A stretch of DNA of 64,000 nucleotides from an uncultured Spirochaetota bacterium (GTDB lineage: Bacteria > Spirochaetota > Brevinematia > Brevinematales > JAOACQ01): positions 1,728,001 through 1,792,000 of the forward strand of contig CAVYGN010000001.1 of assembly GCA_963768055.1 (NCBI GenBank), written 5' to 3'. This document shows positions 47,916-57,634 of the stretch, in pieces. The notes under the pieces were generated by a model. The model searched no databases. It was not told where the DNA came from and was given only the letters and a program-made list of their open reading frames with translations. The stretch's first letter is position 1. Each line of letters opens with the position of its first letter. Both the position numbers and the translations under genes were made by a program.

Positions 47916-48563
47916 ATGAAATTGCTGCCTGTTTTAATTATATTAATTATCACCGCCTTCAGCTTTGTCAATCCTGAAGAGGTTTATTCTGAAGGGGGCC
48001 AAGAAACTTTGATAGAGGCCGTTACAAACGGCGATGCAGCTTTTATTAAAAGTTATAAAGGCGATGTAAACGCGGCGGATGAAAACGGTGAAACGGCTTT
48101 GATGTATGCGGCCGTCGAAGGAAAAACTAACGTAATAAAAGCATTGATCGTGGCGAAAGCCGATGTCAACGCAATGGATAAAAACGGCAGGACCGCTTTA
48201 ATGGCCGCGGCCAATAAGGGAGGAATTACCGCTGTTAAAATGCTGATAAAGGCAAAGGCTAATATAAACACGGCGGACAAGGACGGCTGCACGGTTTTGA
48301 TGGCGGCGGCACAGAACGGGTACACAGATATAATTAAACTATTGATCGAGGCCCGGGTTAATGTCAATGCGGCGGATAATAAAGGTATGACGGCTTTAAT
48401 GCATGCATCCAACTGGGGTCAGATTGATATTGTCAGGGCATTGATCGTGGCGAAAGCCGATGTCAACGCAATGGATAAAAACGGCAGGACCGCTTTGAAT
48501 TACGCTTCCCTGCATGGCCAATCGGGTATAATGGAAATTTTGATCAATGCCGGAGCGTATTAA
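47916..48563 (+). CDS. Secreted ankyrin-repeat protein
   Basis: Signal peptide and about five 33-aa ankyrin repeats (ADVNA.D..G.TALM.A). Confidence 0.92.
   Translation: MKLLPVLIILIITAFSFVNPEEVYSEGGQETLIEAVTNGDAAFIKSYKGDVNAADENGETALMYAAVEGKTNVIKALIVAKADVNAMDKNGRTALMAAANKGGITAVKMLIKAKANINTADKDGCTVLMAAAQNGYTDIIKLLIEARVNVNAADNKGMTALMHASNWGQIDIVRALIVAKADVNAMDKNGRTALNYASLHGQSGIMEILINAGAY
48141..48496 (+). repeat. Exact 59-bp direct repeat inside the ankyrin gene (48141-48199 and 48438-48496)
   Basis: GCATTGATCGTGGCGAAAGCCGATGTCAACGCAATGGATAAAAACGGCAGGACCGCTTT twice, 297 bp apart. Confidence 0.9.
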
Positions 48564-48668
48564 CCCCTTACCAGTTTGTAATGGATATTTGAAATAGCCG
48601 GTGTTGTCAATTAAAACTTGCAAAATTTCAATCGAATATATATGATACGGCGATAGAAAGAGGATCAA

Positions 48669-48865
48669 GTGAAAAGTTATTTGATATTTATATTGCTTAT
48701 GATGCCAGCATTGACTTTTGCCGAAGGGAGTCTTTTCGACGCGGTTACCAACGGCAATACAGCTTTTATCAAAAGTTATAAAGGCGATATAAACGCCAGG
48801 GATAAAGACGGTACGACGAGTATCCTTCTATCATAACTCTTTTAAAAAAAGCCGGCGCGAAATAG
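48669..48865 (+). pseudogene. Third ankyrin paralog with internal deletion and frameshift
   Basis: GTG start, signal peptide, LFDAVTNGNTAFIKSYKGDINARDKDGTT, then shifts to EYPSIITLLKKAGAK*, matching the first paralog's end. Confidence 0.85.
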
Positions 48866-48893
48866 GCTGGTAAAATATCGGTTGGAGGGTTAT

Positions 48894-49430
48894 ATGGTTA
48901 CGGTTGCATCGAAAAAGATTTTCCTGGCTTTAGCAGAGTATAACAAAAAAGTAAATGAGGAACTTCTGGCCATCCTCGGGGACCTCCCTGAAGAACAGCT
49001 CCATAGGAAAACGAAGGCGTTTTATTCTTCCGTTTTCGGGACCCTTTATCATATTTTTTCATCGGACCATAGCTGGATAAAGCGTTTTAACAGCTTTTTC
49101 CAGGAAAATAAATCGCTTAATTCCACCGGGTTTATATCCCTCGATTTAAAATCGCTTATCAATGACAAGGGGTTCGGTGTTAAAGAGCTTTTCCGGTATA
49201 GAAAAGAGATGGACGAAGCAATATCCCGCTTTATAGGCGAGCTGGACGAGGAAAAATTAAATTCGGTTCTCAAATACAAAAATTACAAAGGAGAGCCGGT
49301 GGAAAAGGACCTCTGGAAAACCCTCCTGCAGATGTTCAACCACCAGACTCACCACCGGGGATCCATCTCTGCAATGCTCGATATGATGGGGGTCGATAAC
49401 GATTATTCTACCCTTTTGACGAAGATATAG
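48894..49430 (+). CDS. DinB-family protein
   Basis: YN...N, SVFGTLYHI..D..W, FNHQTHHRG. Confidence 0.88.
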   Translation: MVTVASKKIFLALAEYNKKVNEELLAILGDLPEEQLHRKTKAFYSSVFGTLYHIFSSDHSWIKRFNSFFQENKSLNSTGFISLDLKSLINDKGFGVKELFRYRKEMDEAISRFIGELDEEKLNSVLKYKNYKGEPVEKDLWKTLLQMFNHQTHHRGSISAMLDMMGVDNDYSTLLTKI

Positions 49431-49500
49431 AGAAGGATTTAAAAAAATATACCGGTCCTTCATTAAAATGTTTGGAATGTTTTATAACGGGAGGTTTTCA

Positions 49501-49983
49501 ATGACGCAAAAAATGTACCTCAAGACCTTTCTCCTTGCGGCGCTTGTCTGTATTGCGCTTGGCGGATTTCTTCTCCATTTCGGCATCCACCCTATCTTCG
49601 GCGAAAGGGCGCTCTTAGCCGATTTTGTACCCTTCGTCGCCGGACTGATGACCATTTTTATCGTTACTTCCCTGTTCCTGATAAAGGGCATGATGCCCTT
49701 TGCATACCTCATGAACGGAATGTTAGTCATAATCGGGGCGATCACAATGACGACATATTCGGTAACGCCGCAGCATTTCCCACTATGGCCTGATATCCTT
49801 GTATTATTCACGGTTTTCTGCATAGGCAAGCTCCTTTTCGAGGTCGAAATGACAGTCGAGGCCAACCTGGTTAAACTCAGGCACAAGGGAAGGTTCTTCA
49901 GATATCCCAATATGGGATACTGGTTCGTACATTTAGTCACCCTGTCCGTCGTTTTTGCCCTCGGGCATTTTCTATGGATGTAA
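49501..49983 (+). CDS. Hypothetical multi-pass membrane protein with intramembrane histidines
   Basis: About five hydrophobic helices; GGFLLHFGIHP and GYWFVH-x11-H; GGAGG RBS. Confidence 0.7.
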   Translation: MTQKMYLKTFLLAALVCIALGGFLLHFGIHPIFGERALLADFVPFVAGLMTIFIVTSLFLIKGMMPFAYLMNGMLVIIGAITMTTYSVTPQHFPLWPDILVLFTVFCIGKLLFEVEMTVEANLVKLRHKGRFFRYPNMGYWFVHLVTLSVVFALGHFLWM

Positions 49984-49995
49984 TAGGAGGGATTT

Positions 49996-50091
49996 ATGAG
50001 TAAGATCTTGCTTTTCAAACCAGGATGGTGGATCCTTCATGTCATTATGATCCTTTTTGTATTCTGGCTTGGGCATTTCGTGAGGTTCTAA
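49996..50091 (+). CDS. 31-aa single-TM small protein (not in ORF track)
   Basis: AGGAGG RBS; MSKILLFKPGWWILHVIMILFVFWLGHFVRF; similar to the C-terminal helix of the upstream protein. Confidence 0.75.
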   Translation: MSKILLFKPGWWILHVIMILFVFWLGHFVRF

Positions 50092-50126
50092 CGGTGTATT
50101 CTGCCGTGGTTTCAATCCATCTATTC

Positions 50127-50813
50127 CTACGCGTTTCGGGGCTTGAACAGCTTTTTTAATAACACCGGGACTACAGAAAATAGCGCGAGCAGCAGAAGCG
50201 CCGATATGATAGGCCATGACAGTATGCCCGACGCGGATTTGAGGTTGCCAAGGTTGCTCCCCGCATAGGCGTAAACAAGGGACCCGGGAATGATGCCGGC
50301 CGAGGTTGTCCATAAGAAAGTAAAAAATCCGATCCTTGTCATTCCGGCAAGAATGTTTATAAGGAAAAACGGGATCGCCGGTATAAATCTCAGCATGAGC
50401 AGGTAATTGACACCGTTCGATTTTATCTCCGCATTGAAATTTTTAAGGTTTTCAGAGTATTTTTTCTGTACAACCTCGCCGATAAAATAACGCGCCGCGA
50501 AAAAGGAGCCTGAAGCCCCGAGTGTAGCACCGACGTTAACATATAGCGCAGCCGGTATGGTACCGAACAAAAAACCGCCGGCCAGTGTGAGTATTGCCGC
50601 TCCCGGGACGGATAAAGCGGTGACTGCAAAATAGACCCCCGTGTAAATCAGTACCGACCATAAATAATTTTCCTTAACAAGGTTTTTTATTGTATCTCTC
50701 GAGTTCACGAGGTTTTTAAAAGTCAGTTCTTTAGCTACCCCTGTAATGTTTATGACTATAACGGCGGAGGCGATCAATAAAATAAAAATAACCGGTTTTA
50801 TCCATTGTTTCAT
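50127..50813 (-). CDS. TVP38/TMEM64 (DedA/SNARE-associated, YdjX-like) membrane protein
   Basis: VPGAAILTLAGGFLFG, LRFIPAIPFFLIN, GIIPG. Confidence 0.9.
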   Translation of the reverse strand: MKQWIKPVIFILLIASAVIVINITGVAKELTFKNLVNSRDTIKNLVKENYLWSVLIYTGVYFAVTALSVPGAAILTLAGGFLFGTIPAALYVNVGATLGASGSFFAARYFIGEVVQKKYSENLKNFNAEIKSNGVNYLLMLRFIPAIPFFLINILAGMTRIGFFTFLWTTSAGIIPGSLVYAYAGSNLGNLKSASGILSWPIISALLLLALFSVVPVLLKKLFKPRNA

Positions 50814-52243
50814 GGCTTATTCCTCCTGCCCCGCCCTGCAATCTTCCCCGCCAATTTTACCAGCGGGTTGTTAAGTAAGCTGTCGACATAGGCATCCCTG
50901 GCTGCCTGCCTGATAATGTCCGAATATGAGGGATACGCATGCATGACGGACTGCAGGCTTGCGAAGGGCTTTCTGAAAAACCGGACGAGTTGTGCCTCAT
51001 GGATCAGCTCTCCGGCGATCTTCCCGGCGATATGAGCCCCGATAAGCCTTCCATTGCGGTCAAGGATATATTTGGCAAGGCCATCTTCATTACCTTCGGT
51101 CTTCGCCCTGTCCAGTCTTGAATAAGGCATCCTGTAAACCTTTACGCCTTTTTTATACTTTGCCCTGGCTTCTTCCTCGGTTAGGCCGAGGTGTGAAAGT
51201 TCCGGATCGGTATATGTCGTCCATAATACCTGGCTGAGGTCCTGTTTACGCATAAATGGGATCGATGCGTTGATCCCCGCTGTAACGCCCTGATATCCTG
51301 CGACATGGCTGAAATTATAGGGACCGACTACATCGCCGCAGGCAAAAATATTCTTTACATTTGTCTGCAGGAAGGCGTTTACCCCGATGCCTTTCTTTGA
51401 ATACCTGACTCCGGCCGCGGAAAGATTGAAACCCTCCACCTCAGGCACCCTGCCTGCGGCCACCAGCAGGGCCTCCGCTTTGAGATCGGAAACGTCCCCT
51501 GACTCCTTTTTTATTGTTAAGGTTACACCTCCGGCTTCATCGAATCTTTCTGCCCTTATGGCCCTGGACCCCGTCACAATGCTAACGCCTTCTGAAAAGA
51601 GGCGTTTTAATACTATATCCACGAGTTCCCTGTCCTCCCTTATCAAAATTCCGGGCGTCGCTTCCACCACCGTAACCCGTGTGCCAAGGCGGTTGAATGC
51701 CTGGGCAAGTTCTATCCCTATAGGACCTCCTCCCAGAATTATAAGTGAATCCGGCACTTTCTTTATATCAAAAATACTCTCGTTAGTGTAATATTTTATT
51801 TTATCGATCCCCTCTATCCCGGGAATCAATGGAGAAGAGCCCGCCGCGACAATAAATTTTCCTGAACTGATACTTTTCCCGTTTACAGTGATAGAATTCC
51901 TGCCGGTGAATAGCGCCTTGCCCATTATCACCTTTATCCCGGCCTTTTCAAAGCTTTCGGGATTTTCTTCCAAATAAACCCTTTCTATCGTCTCTCTCAC
52001 GAACCGCATAGGAATTTCACCCGGAGAGAATGAATTTCCGAAGTAAGCAGAGGCCTCATGATAGCGCTCCGCGGCATGTATAAAAGCCTTGCTGGGGACG
52101 CATCCGCTCCATGTGCATTCGCCCCCGAGTCTGTTTTTTTCAACGATCGCCGTTTTTTTTCCGAGCCCCTTTGCCGTTTTAACCGCCGAAATCCCGGCGG
52201 CACCGGCTCCGATAACGATAACATCAAAATCAAATTTTGGCAT
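50810..52243 (-). CDS. Pyridine nucleotide-disulfide oxidoreductase (LpdA/MerA-like class I)
   Basis: GAGAAG, GGECTWSGCVPSK redox disulfide, GGGPIG, HAYPS; no C-terminal Cys-Cys. Confidence 0.9.
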   Translation of the reverse strand: MPKFDFDVIVIGAGAAGISAVKTAKGLGKKTAIVEKNRLGGECTWSGCVPSKAFIHAAERYHEASAYFGNSFSPGEIPMRFVRETIERVYLEENPESFEKAGIKVIMGKALFTGRNSITVNGKSISSGKFIVAAGSSPLIPGIEGIDKIKYYTNESIFDIKKVPDSLIILGGGPIGIELAQAFNRLGTRVTVVEATPGILIREDRELVDIVLKRLFSEGVSIVTGSRAIRAERFDEAGGVTLTIKKESGDVSDLKAEALLVAAGRVPEVEGFNLSAAGVRYSKKGIGVNAFLQTNVKNIFACGDVVGPYNFSHVAGYQGVTAGINASIPFMRKQDLSQVLWTTYTDPELSHLGLTEEEARAKYKKGVKVYRMPYSRLDRAKTEGNEDGLAKYILDRNGRLIGAHIAGKIAGELIHEAQLVRFFRKPFASLQSVMHAYPSYSDIIRQAARDAYVDSLLNNPLVKLAGKIAGRGRRNKP

Positions 52244-53597
52244 TTTCCCCCCTTCTTATTTCCAGGGCCGAAGGACCGGCCAGAAATGCCCTTGTCCTGG
52301 GCATGCCGCCGAGGTTTATCTTTTTCAGGTCATGTACCGTGTCTATATCTCTCATTCTGGGAAGGAGAGCCGTTTTTATTTCCTTATCCGCGAGAACTCT
52401 AAGGGTCAGGGAAAATACGGATGAAGTGCTCCAGGGAATATTATCGAAAACTTCCGGCAAAAAGTGCCTGGAGTTGAAGCCGATCAGGTAATAACCCCCG
52501 TCTTCCGCCGGCCCGATCACCGCCCCTTTTTTTCTAAGAAGCCTCAGGGACCTGTTGAGCCTGCCGGCCGATATATGCGGAATATCGCTCCCGATTAATA
52601 CAAGTCTCCCGTAGCCGAGGCCGAACTGTTCCTTTAATGCGTTCTTCATCCTTTCGCCAAGGTCATTGCCCTTCTGAGGGAAGATGGAAATCTTTAAGCC
52701 GAGCCAATTCCTGAAATCAAAGGCCCTCTCTTCCGGAGTAAAATAGACAAGCAGGTCCGGGGAAAGCCTTGCGGCCTTTTGAATGATATCGGCAACGAAA
52801 CTGCGGTAAAGATCGATGGTGAAATGATCGCCGAGGACGCTCCCGATCCTGGTTTTAACCATCCCCTCCTCCGGATATTTTACAAAAACAATCAATCCAT
52901 TTTTAACCCGTTCTCCCCGTAAAATGGCAAGATCCGCCGGGTCCGCGTTTAAAGAATATAAAATGGAAACCAGCCTGTTGATTAACAGGGTTTTAAGATA
53001 ACCCTTTTTTTCCCATCTTCTGGCAGATGTAATAACCCTGTCTTTCAAGATAGTTACTTTCATGCCGTTTCTTTTTATTCTTTTAACAAACTCGACATCT
53101 TCCATTATTGGAATATCTGCAAAACCCCCCGCCCTGTTAAAAGTTTCTTTTTTAATGAAAAAAGCCTGGTCTCCGTAAGGGACCCCGCTTAAACTGCAGC
53201 GAATTCCGGACGCCCATTCGATAATCCTGAAAAAAAAATGGTTTGAATCGATAGATAATCTAAAAGCTCCCAAGCCGCCGTTTCTTTCGATTACATTTAT
53301 AATTTTTTTTAAAGCCCCTCCCGGGAGTCTGCTGTCCGCGTGAAGGAAAAGGAGGATGTCTCCCTTAGCTTTAGCCGCCCCGGCGTTCATTTGGACTCCC
53401 CTGCCCTTTTCCGAACTTAACCTTACAATATCATAATCCTCGACGGCTTTTATCGTCTTAGCCTCTTTTTCACCGTCGATAACTATTATCTCTATCCGGT
53501 CCCGGGAATAATCGTCTTTCAATAAAATAGATTCAATCGTTCCCCGGATTACATCGCTTTCATTGAATACAGGAATAATGATAGACAGTTCAGGCAT
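52230..53597 (-). CDS. Fused TIGR04283-type GT2 glycosyltransferase and TIGR04282/DUF2064-type transferase
   Basis: N-half LFLHADS, YGDQ, MEDVE, TSARRW; C-half KYP..G.VKTR, Q.G.DLGERM, IGSD.P, GPAEDGGYYLIG, DIDT. Confidence 0.85.
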   Translation of the reverse strand: MPELSIIIPVFNESDVIRGTIESILLKDDYSRDRIEIIVIDGEKEAKTIKAVEDYDIVRLSSEKGRGVQMNAGAAKAKGDILLFLHADSRLPGGALKKIINVIERNGGLGAFRLSIDSNHFFFRIIEWASGIRCSLSGVPYGDQAFFIKKETFNRAGGFADIPIMEDVEFVKRIKRNGMKVTILKDRVITSARRWEKKGYLKTLLINRLVSILYSLNADPADLAILRGERVKNGLIVFVKYPEEGMVKTRIGSVLGDHFTIDLYRSFVADIIQKAARLSPDLLVYFTPEERAFDFRNWLGLKISIFPQKGNDLGERMKNALKEQFGLGYGRLVLIGSDIPHISAGRLNRSLRLLRKKGAVIGPAEDGGYYLIGFNSRHFLPEVFDNIPWSTSSVFSLTLRVLADKEIKTALLPRMRDIDTVHDLKKINLGGMPRTRAFLAGPSALEIRRGENAKI

Positions 53598-53607
53598 AGA
53601 ACCTCAT

Positions 53608-54339
53608 TTATTTCGTCATTTCTTTTAGAAACTTCCTGATCCTTGCGGCGTTCGTGCCGAAATCTCCTACGCCTACCCTTGATTCCGACCTTATATCAAC
53701 CCTGCTGCCGCTGCCGCTTTTTGTAACGCGGATAACTATATCATCCTTGAAACCCATCCAGAATGTTGTGGCTGTCGCTTCAATCCGTCCGCCGTCCCTG
53801 TCCGATGCGACGATCTTCCATCCCATTGAGCTTGAAACCGCCAGCGCCTTGTCGAAGGCGTCTCCTGCCGATATTGTTAAAAACAGCGGTTTAATATCGG
53901 GATAAAATTTTTCCTGCTGGGCGGAAATAGCCGCTCCTTCATATTCCGGCTTGTTTGCCGCATCCTTCCTGAGTGCCAGGATATCTACAAACTTCGGCGG
54001 ATTCTGGGTGTCGGTTGTGATATCATGAATCCTGGGCATATGTTTGGAGTAAAGGTTCCATGGCCCTGCCGCTATGAGAAGGCCGAAGACTATCCCTGCG
54101 ATACCGTATAAGTAGCCGCCTCTGCCGCCTGTAATAAAACCTAGTATCAATCCTATTGCCGAAACCGCGGCCGCAGCAAAACCGGCCGCCATAGATATGA
54201 ATACCAGCCGCACGATTGTACCGGTTTGAAGGAAATTGAACCTGTTGCCCAGGGAGGCCAGGATAAATGTTGCAAGCGCCAGGATTGCAATAATAAAACC
54301 TCCCGCCAGAATACCGGTAACCCACGTATTCTTTTTCAT
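53608..54339 (-). CDS. DUF1499-domain membrane protein
   Basis: Three N-terminal TMs, PRIHDITTD, GFKDD, DIRSESRVG.GD.G.NA.RI. Confidence 0.85.
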   Translation of the reverse strand: MKKNTWVTGILAGGFIIAILALATFILASLGNRFNFLQTGTIVRLVFISMAAGFAAAAVSAIGLILGFITGGRGGYLYGIAGIVFGLLIAAGPWNLYSKHMPRIHDITTDTQNPPKFVDILALRKDAANKPEYEGAAISAQQEKFYPDIKPLFLTISAGDAFDKALAVSSSMGWKIVASDRDGGRIEATATTFWMGFKDDIVIRVTKSGSGSRVDIRSESRVGVGDFGTNAARIRKFLKEMTK

Positions 54340-54485
54340 TGCATTTCTCCTTTCATTTTTATTTTTATAATATTATATTTTACATAATATTCATTATAAA
54401 AATAATATGCCCGGAATTATAAGGCAAGTACTTGTGCAAAAACAATCGATAAAAGATAATATTTAACTGATAGGATTTTATAGAT

Positions 54486-55457
54486 ATGAACAAAATAACC
54501 GAGGCTAAGGCCCATGTAAAACATTTTTTAACCGGGAGCGGCTGGCTCGGACATATAGATTCCGTTTCATTTCTTGCTTCCGGGGAATATAATACAAATT
54601 TTATTGTTAAAAGCGCCGGTAAGTTTTTCGTATTCCGCATTAATTGCGGCAGCCAGCTCGGTCTCGACGATCAGATAGGCTACGAATTCCGATGCCTCAA
54701 ATTGCTTGAAAACACAGGGGTAACTCCAAGGGCCTATTTTTATGAACCCCCGGGGGTAAATTTCAAAAGGGGGGCCCTGCTTGAAGAATATATCGCGGGG
54801 AAACCCCTGAATTACCGTAAAGACCTTGATGCTGCGGCATATATTTTTTCAAGGGTGCATGATATCCATGACAGAGGCGGACTGATTCCCCAGGAAGATC
54901 CCGTCAGAGCCATTGCTGAAGAAAGCATTTCGCTTCTCAACAAATATCCCCGGTCCGAATACATGGAAGCGTACTCATTATTAACAGGAATATATGAAAA
55001 CCTGGCGGTAAACATGGAAGGCCCCGGGTCGGTCTTTTCAGGGGAAGATCTTTGCGTGGTTAACACCGAAGTCAATTCGGCGAACTTTATCGTAGGCAAA
55101 ATGGGGCAATATCTGGTAGACTGGGAAAAGGCCGTCTTTTCTTACCGTTACCAGGACCTGGCCCATTTTATGGCAAAAACGACGACCCTCTGGAAAACGG
55201 ATTATTATTTTTCAAAAGAAGACAGGACAGCTTTTATCAGGGCATACTCCGATTTAATAAAAGATAAATATACGCTGACTTTCAAACAGGTCATGGACAG
55301 GACTGAAATTATGGAGAAAGCCGTGTTGCTCCGGGCGTTATCATGGTGTTATATGGCATATTATGAATATATGCATCTTCCGCGTCCGATAAAGAATATG
55401 AAAACACTCAAAAAGATAAGGGAATATCTGGGCGGTGCTGAATGGTTCTTAAAATAG
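54486..55457 (+). CDS. Aminoglycoside phosphotransferase / choline-kinase-like protein
   Basis: LASGEYN.N, E...L, LVDWEK, YQDLAHF; atypical catalytic loop NTEVNSAN. Confidence 0.8.
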   Translation: MNKITEAKAHVKHFLTGSGWLGHIDSVSFLASGEYNTNFIVKSAGKFFVFRINCGSQLGLDDQIGYEFRCLKLLENTGVTPRAYFYEPPGVNFKRGALLEEYIAGKPLNYRKDLDAAAYIFSRVHDIHDRGGLIPQEDPVRAIAEESISLLNKYPRSEYMEAYSLLTGIYENLAVNMEGPGSVFSGEDLCVVNTEVNSANFIVGKMGQYLVDWEKAVFSYRYQDLAHFMAKTTTLWKTDYYFSKEDRTAFIRAYSDLIKDKYTLTFKQVMDRTEIMEKAVLLRALSWCYMAYYEYMHLPRPIKNMKTLKKIREYLGGAEWFLK

Positions 55458-56359
55458 AAGGTATTACCAAAAGCTATAAAAATCTGAATGTTTTAAAAGG
55501 AATCGATTTTTCAATTAAAAAAGGCGAGCTTGTATCGATTATAGGCCCGTCGGGCGCAGGCAAAACCACCCTTTTAAAGATCATTGCAGGTCTTGAAAAT
55601 CCTGACTCGGGAAGCGTAACAAATCTCTCTTCCTCTCCCGCCATACTTGTTTTCCAGGATTACCTGCTCTTCCCCATGATGAACGTATTCGAAAATGTCG
55701 CTTTCGGGCTCCGGGCTCGCCGCATGGATAGAATGACGATTGCCGGAAAGGTCGAAGGAATTCTCAGGAGCTTCTCTCTTGAAAATAAACTTAAGGCCTA
55801 TCCCGCCGAGCTTTCTTCGGGACAGAAGCAGAGAGTTGCGATTGCGCGGGCCATGGTCCTTGACCCGGATATCCTCCTTCTCGACGAGCCTTTTGCGAAC
55901 CTGGACAAAAACCTCAAGCTTGAAATGGCCGAATTTATCAGATCAAAACAGAAAGAATATAAAACAACTACACTCCTTGTCACCCATGACCAGCAGGAGG
56001 CTTTTATCGTATCTGACAGGATAGGTATAATGGTCGAAGGATCTATGATCCAATACGATACGGTCGAAAATGTTTACACCAAACCAGTATCGATCGAGGC
56101 GGCTTCGTTTCTGGGCCATGTGAACATTATCCCTGAAAAATTCAAGGATAAACTCTGCGTAAAGATGGATTGGGCCCGGGCGGAATCTTTTCGTATCGAG
56201 AAAGATGCTGACGGGCCCGCCGAAGTGCGCGATGTGACTTTTGCCGGCCACTATATAATATACCGTGTTTTATGGGAAGACTGGGTCTGTACAGTGTACC
56301 GGCTTGAAGGCGGCATTGAAAAGGGAGAGCATGTGCGTCTTATGCTTGGAAAATGTTGA
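55442..56359 (+). CDS. ABC transporter ATP-binding protein (PotA/YnjD-like)
   Basis: GPSGAGKT, LSSGQKQR, LLLDEP, VTHD. Confidence 0.93.
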   Translation: MVLKIEGITKSYKNLNVLKGIDFSIKKGELVSIIGPSGAGKTTLLKIIAGLENPDSGSVTNLSSSPAILVFQDYLLFPMMNVFENVAFGLRARRMDRMTIAGKVEGILRSFSLENKLKAYPAELSSGQKQRVAIARAMVLDPDILLLDEPFANLDKNLKLEMAEFIRSKQKEYKTTTLLVTHDQQEAFIVSDRIGIMVEGSMIQYDTVENVYTKPVSIEAASFLGHVNIIPEKFKDKLCVKMDWARAESFRIEKDADGPAEVRDVTFAGHYIIYRVLWEDWVCTVYRLEGGIEKGEHVRLMLGKC

Positions 56360-56416
56360 CTTACATATTCCAAAATATTATTTTAATTGTATGTTTATCT
56401 GAAAAAAGAGGTTATT

Positions 56417-57622
56417 ATGAAAATTGTTATAATGTCGGTTTTAACAGCCCTTGTTTTATCATGCGCCAGGGTCCAGGAGACGGACTGGCTTTCAAAACCT
56501 TTTTCCGAGATAGAGACAGCGGCGAAGGATTCGACAGTCCGCTTCTATATGTGGGGCGGGTCGGTCAGTATAAACGGATGGGTTGACGGTTATGTGACGC
56601 AGGAATTAAAATCCCGGTACGGCATAACCCTGGTCCGCATTCCCGTCGATACCAGATTGATAGTTAACAAGCTTCTCACGGAAAAGCAGGCCGGGAAAAT
56701 AAAGGGGACCATAGACCTGGTCTGGATAAACGGCGAAAACTTCATGAACGCCTTCGAGAACGGCCTTCTTTTCGGGCCTTTTGCCGGAAAACTTCCTAAT
56801 TATACGAATTATATCGATCCGGCCGCCTCCGGCTACGATTTCGGATTTCCGGTAAACGGGTTTGAGGCGCCATGGGGACGGGCCCAGTTCGTCTTTGAAT
56901 ACGATTCGGCGAAGATCAAAAACCCGCCCGGAAGTTTCAGGGATTTATTGAATTGGGTAAAGGCCAATCCCGGACGATTTACCTATCCCCAGCCTCCGGA
57001 TTTTACAGGATCGGCTTTCATCAGGCAGGCGTTTTACGCTTTTACCGGAGGCTATTCCCAGTATATGAACGGATTTGATAAAAAACTTTTCAGCTCTAAA
57101 TCCGCATTTTTGTGGAAATACCTTAACTCCATGAAGCCTTATTTATGGCAGAAGGGAAAAATATTTCCAAGGGACATCGCGGCTCTGGACAGCCTCTTCG
57201 AGAGGGGGGAGGTGGATTTTAACATGTCGTACCACCAGGCGGATGCAGAAAACCGTATAATTGCCGGCCGCTACCCGGTGACAGTAAGGACCTTCGTTAT
57301 GAAAGAGGGTTCTGTTTACAACACTCACTTTACCGCTATACCCTATAACTCTCCGAACAAGGCGGGGGCCATGGTCGCGGCAAATTTCCTGATGTCACCG
57401 GAGGCGCAGTATTCAAAGAACAAACCCTCGAATTGGGGAGATTTTACTGTCCTGGATCTTAACCGGCTTCCCGCCGACTGGAAAAAGAAATTCCTGGAAT
57501 TAGACCTCGGCAAGGCCACTCTTCCTATCGATATTCTTTCAAAATACGGGGTCCCCGAGATTCCCTCCGGATACGTCGAAGAGCTGGAAGACGGCTGGAA
57601 AAACAAGGTATTGACAGAATAA
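56417..57622 (+). CDS. ABC transporter substrate-binding lipoprotein (YnjB-like)
   Basis: Lipobox LVLSC, FYMWGG, DLVWINGENF, EAPWG, FTYP.PPDFTG, NTHF.AIP. Confidence 0.85.
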   Translation: MKIVIMSVLTALVLSCARVQETDWLSKPFSEIETAAKDSTVRFYMWGGSVSINGWVDGYVTQELKSRYGITLVRIPVDTRLIVNKLLTEKQAGKIKGTIDLVWINGENFMNAFENGLLFGPFAGKLPNYTNYIDPAASGYDFGFPVNGFEAPWGRAQFVFEYDSAKIKNPPGSFRDLLNWVKANPGRFTYPQPPDFTGSAFIRQAFYAFTGGYSQYMNGFDKKLFSSKSAFLWKYLNSMKPYLWQKGKIFPRDIAALDSLFERGEVDFNMSYHQADAENRIIAGRYPVTVRTFVMKEGSVYNTHFTAIPYNSPNKAGAMVAANFLMSPEAQYSKNKPSNWGDFTVLDLNRLPADWKKKFLELDLGKATLPIDILSKYGVPEIPSGYVEELEDGWKNKVLTE

Positions 57623-57634
57623 GGGCTATCCGAT

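Noticed and set aside
47916..48865. CRISPR-like or non-coding repeat array
   Set aside because: The repeats are in-frame ankyrin coding units with no unique spacers or cas genes
50810..52243. Mercuric reductase merA
   Set aside because: No C-terminal Cys-Cys pair, no NmerA domain and no other mer genes
50127..54339. Selenoprotein (UGA read-through) in the transferase cluster
   Set aside because: No in-frame TGA interrupting a conserved domain was seen; the TGA at 50810 is an ordinary ATGA overlap
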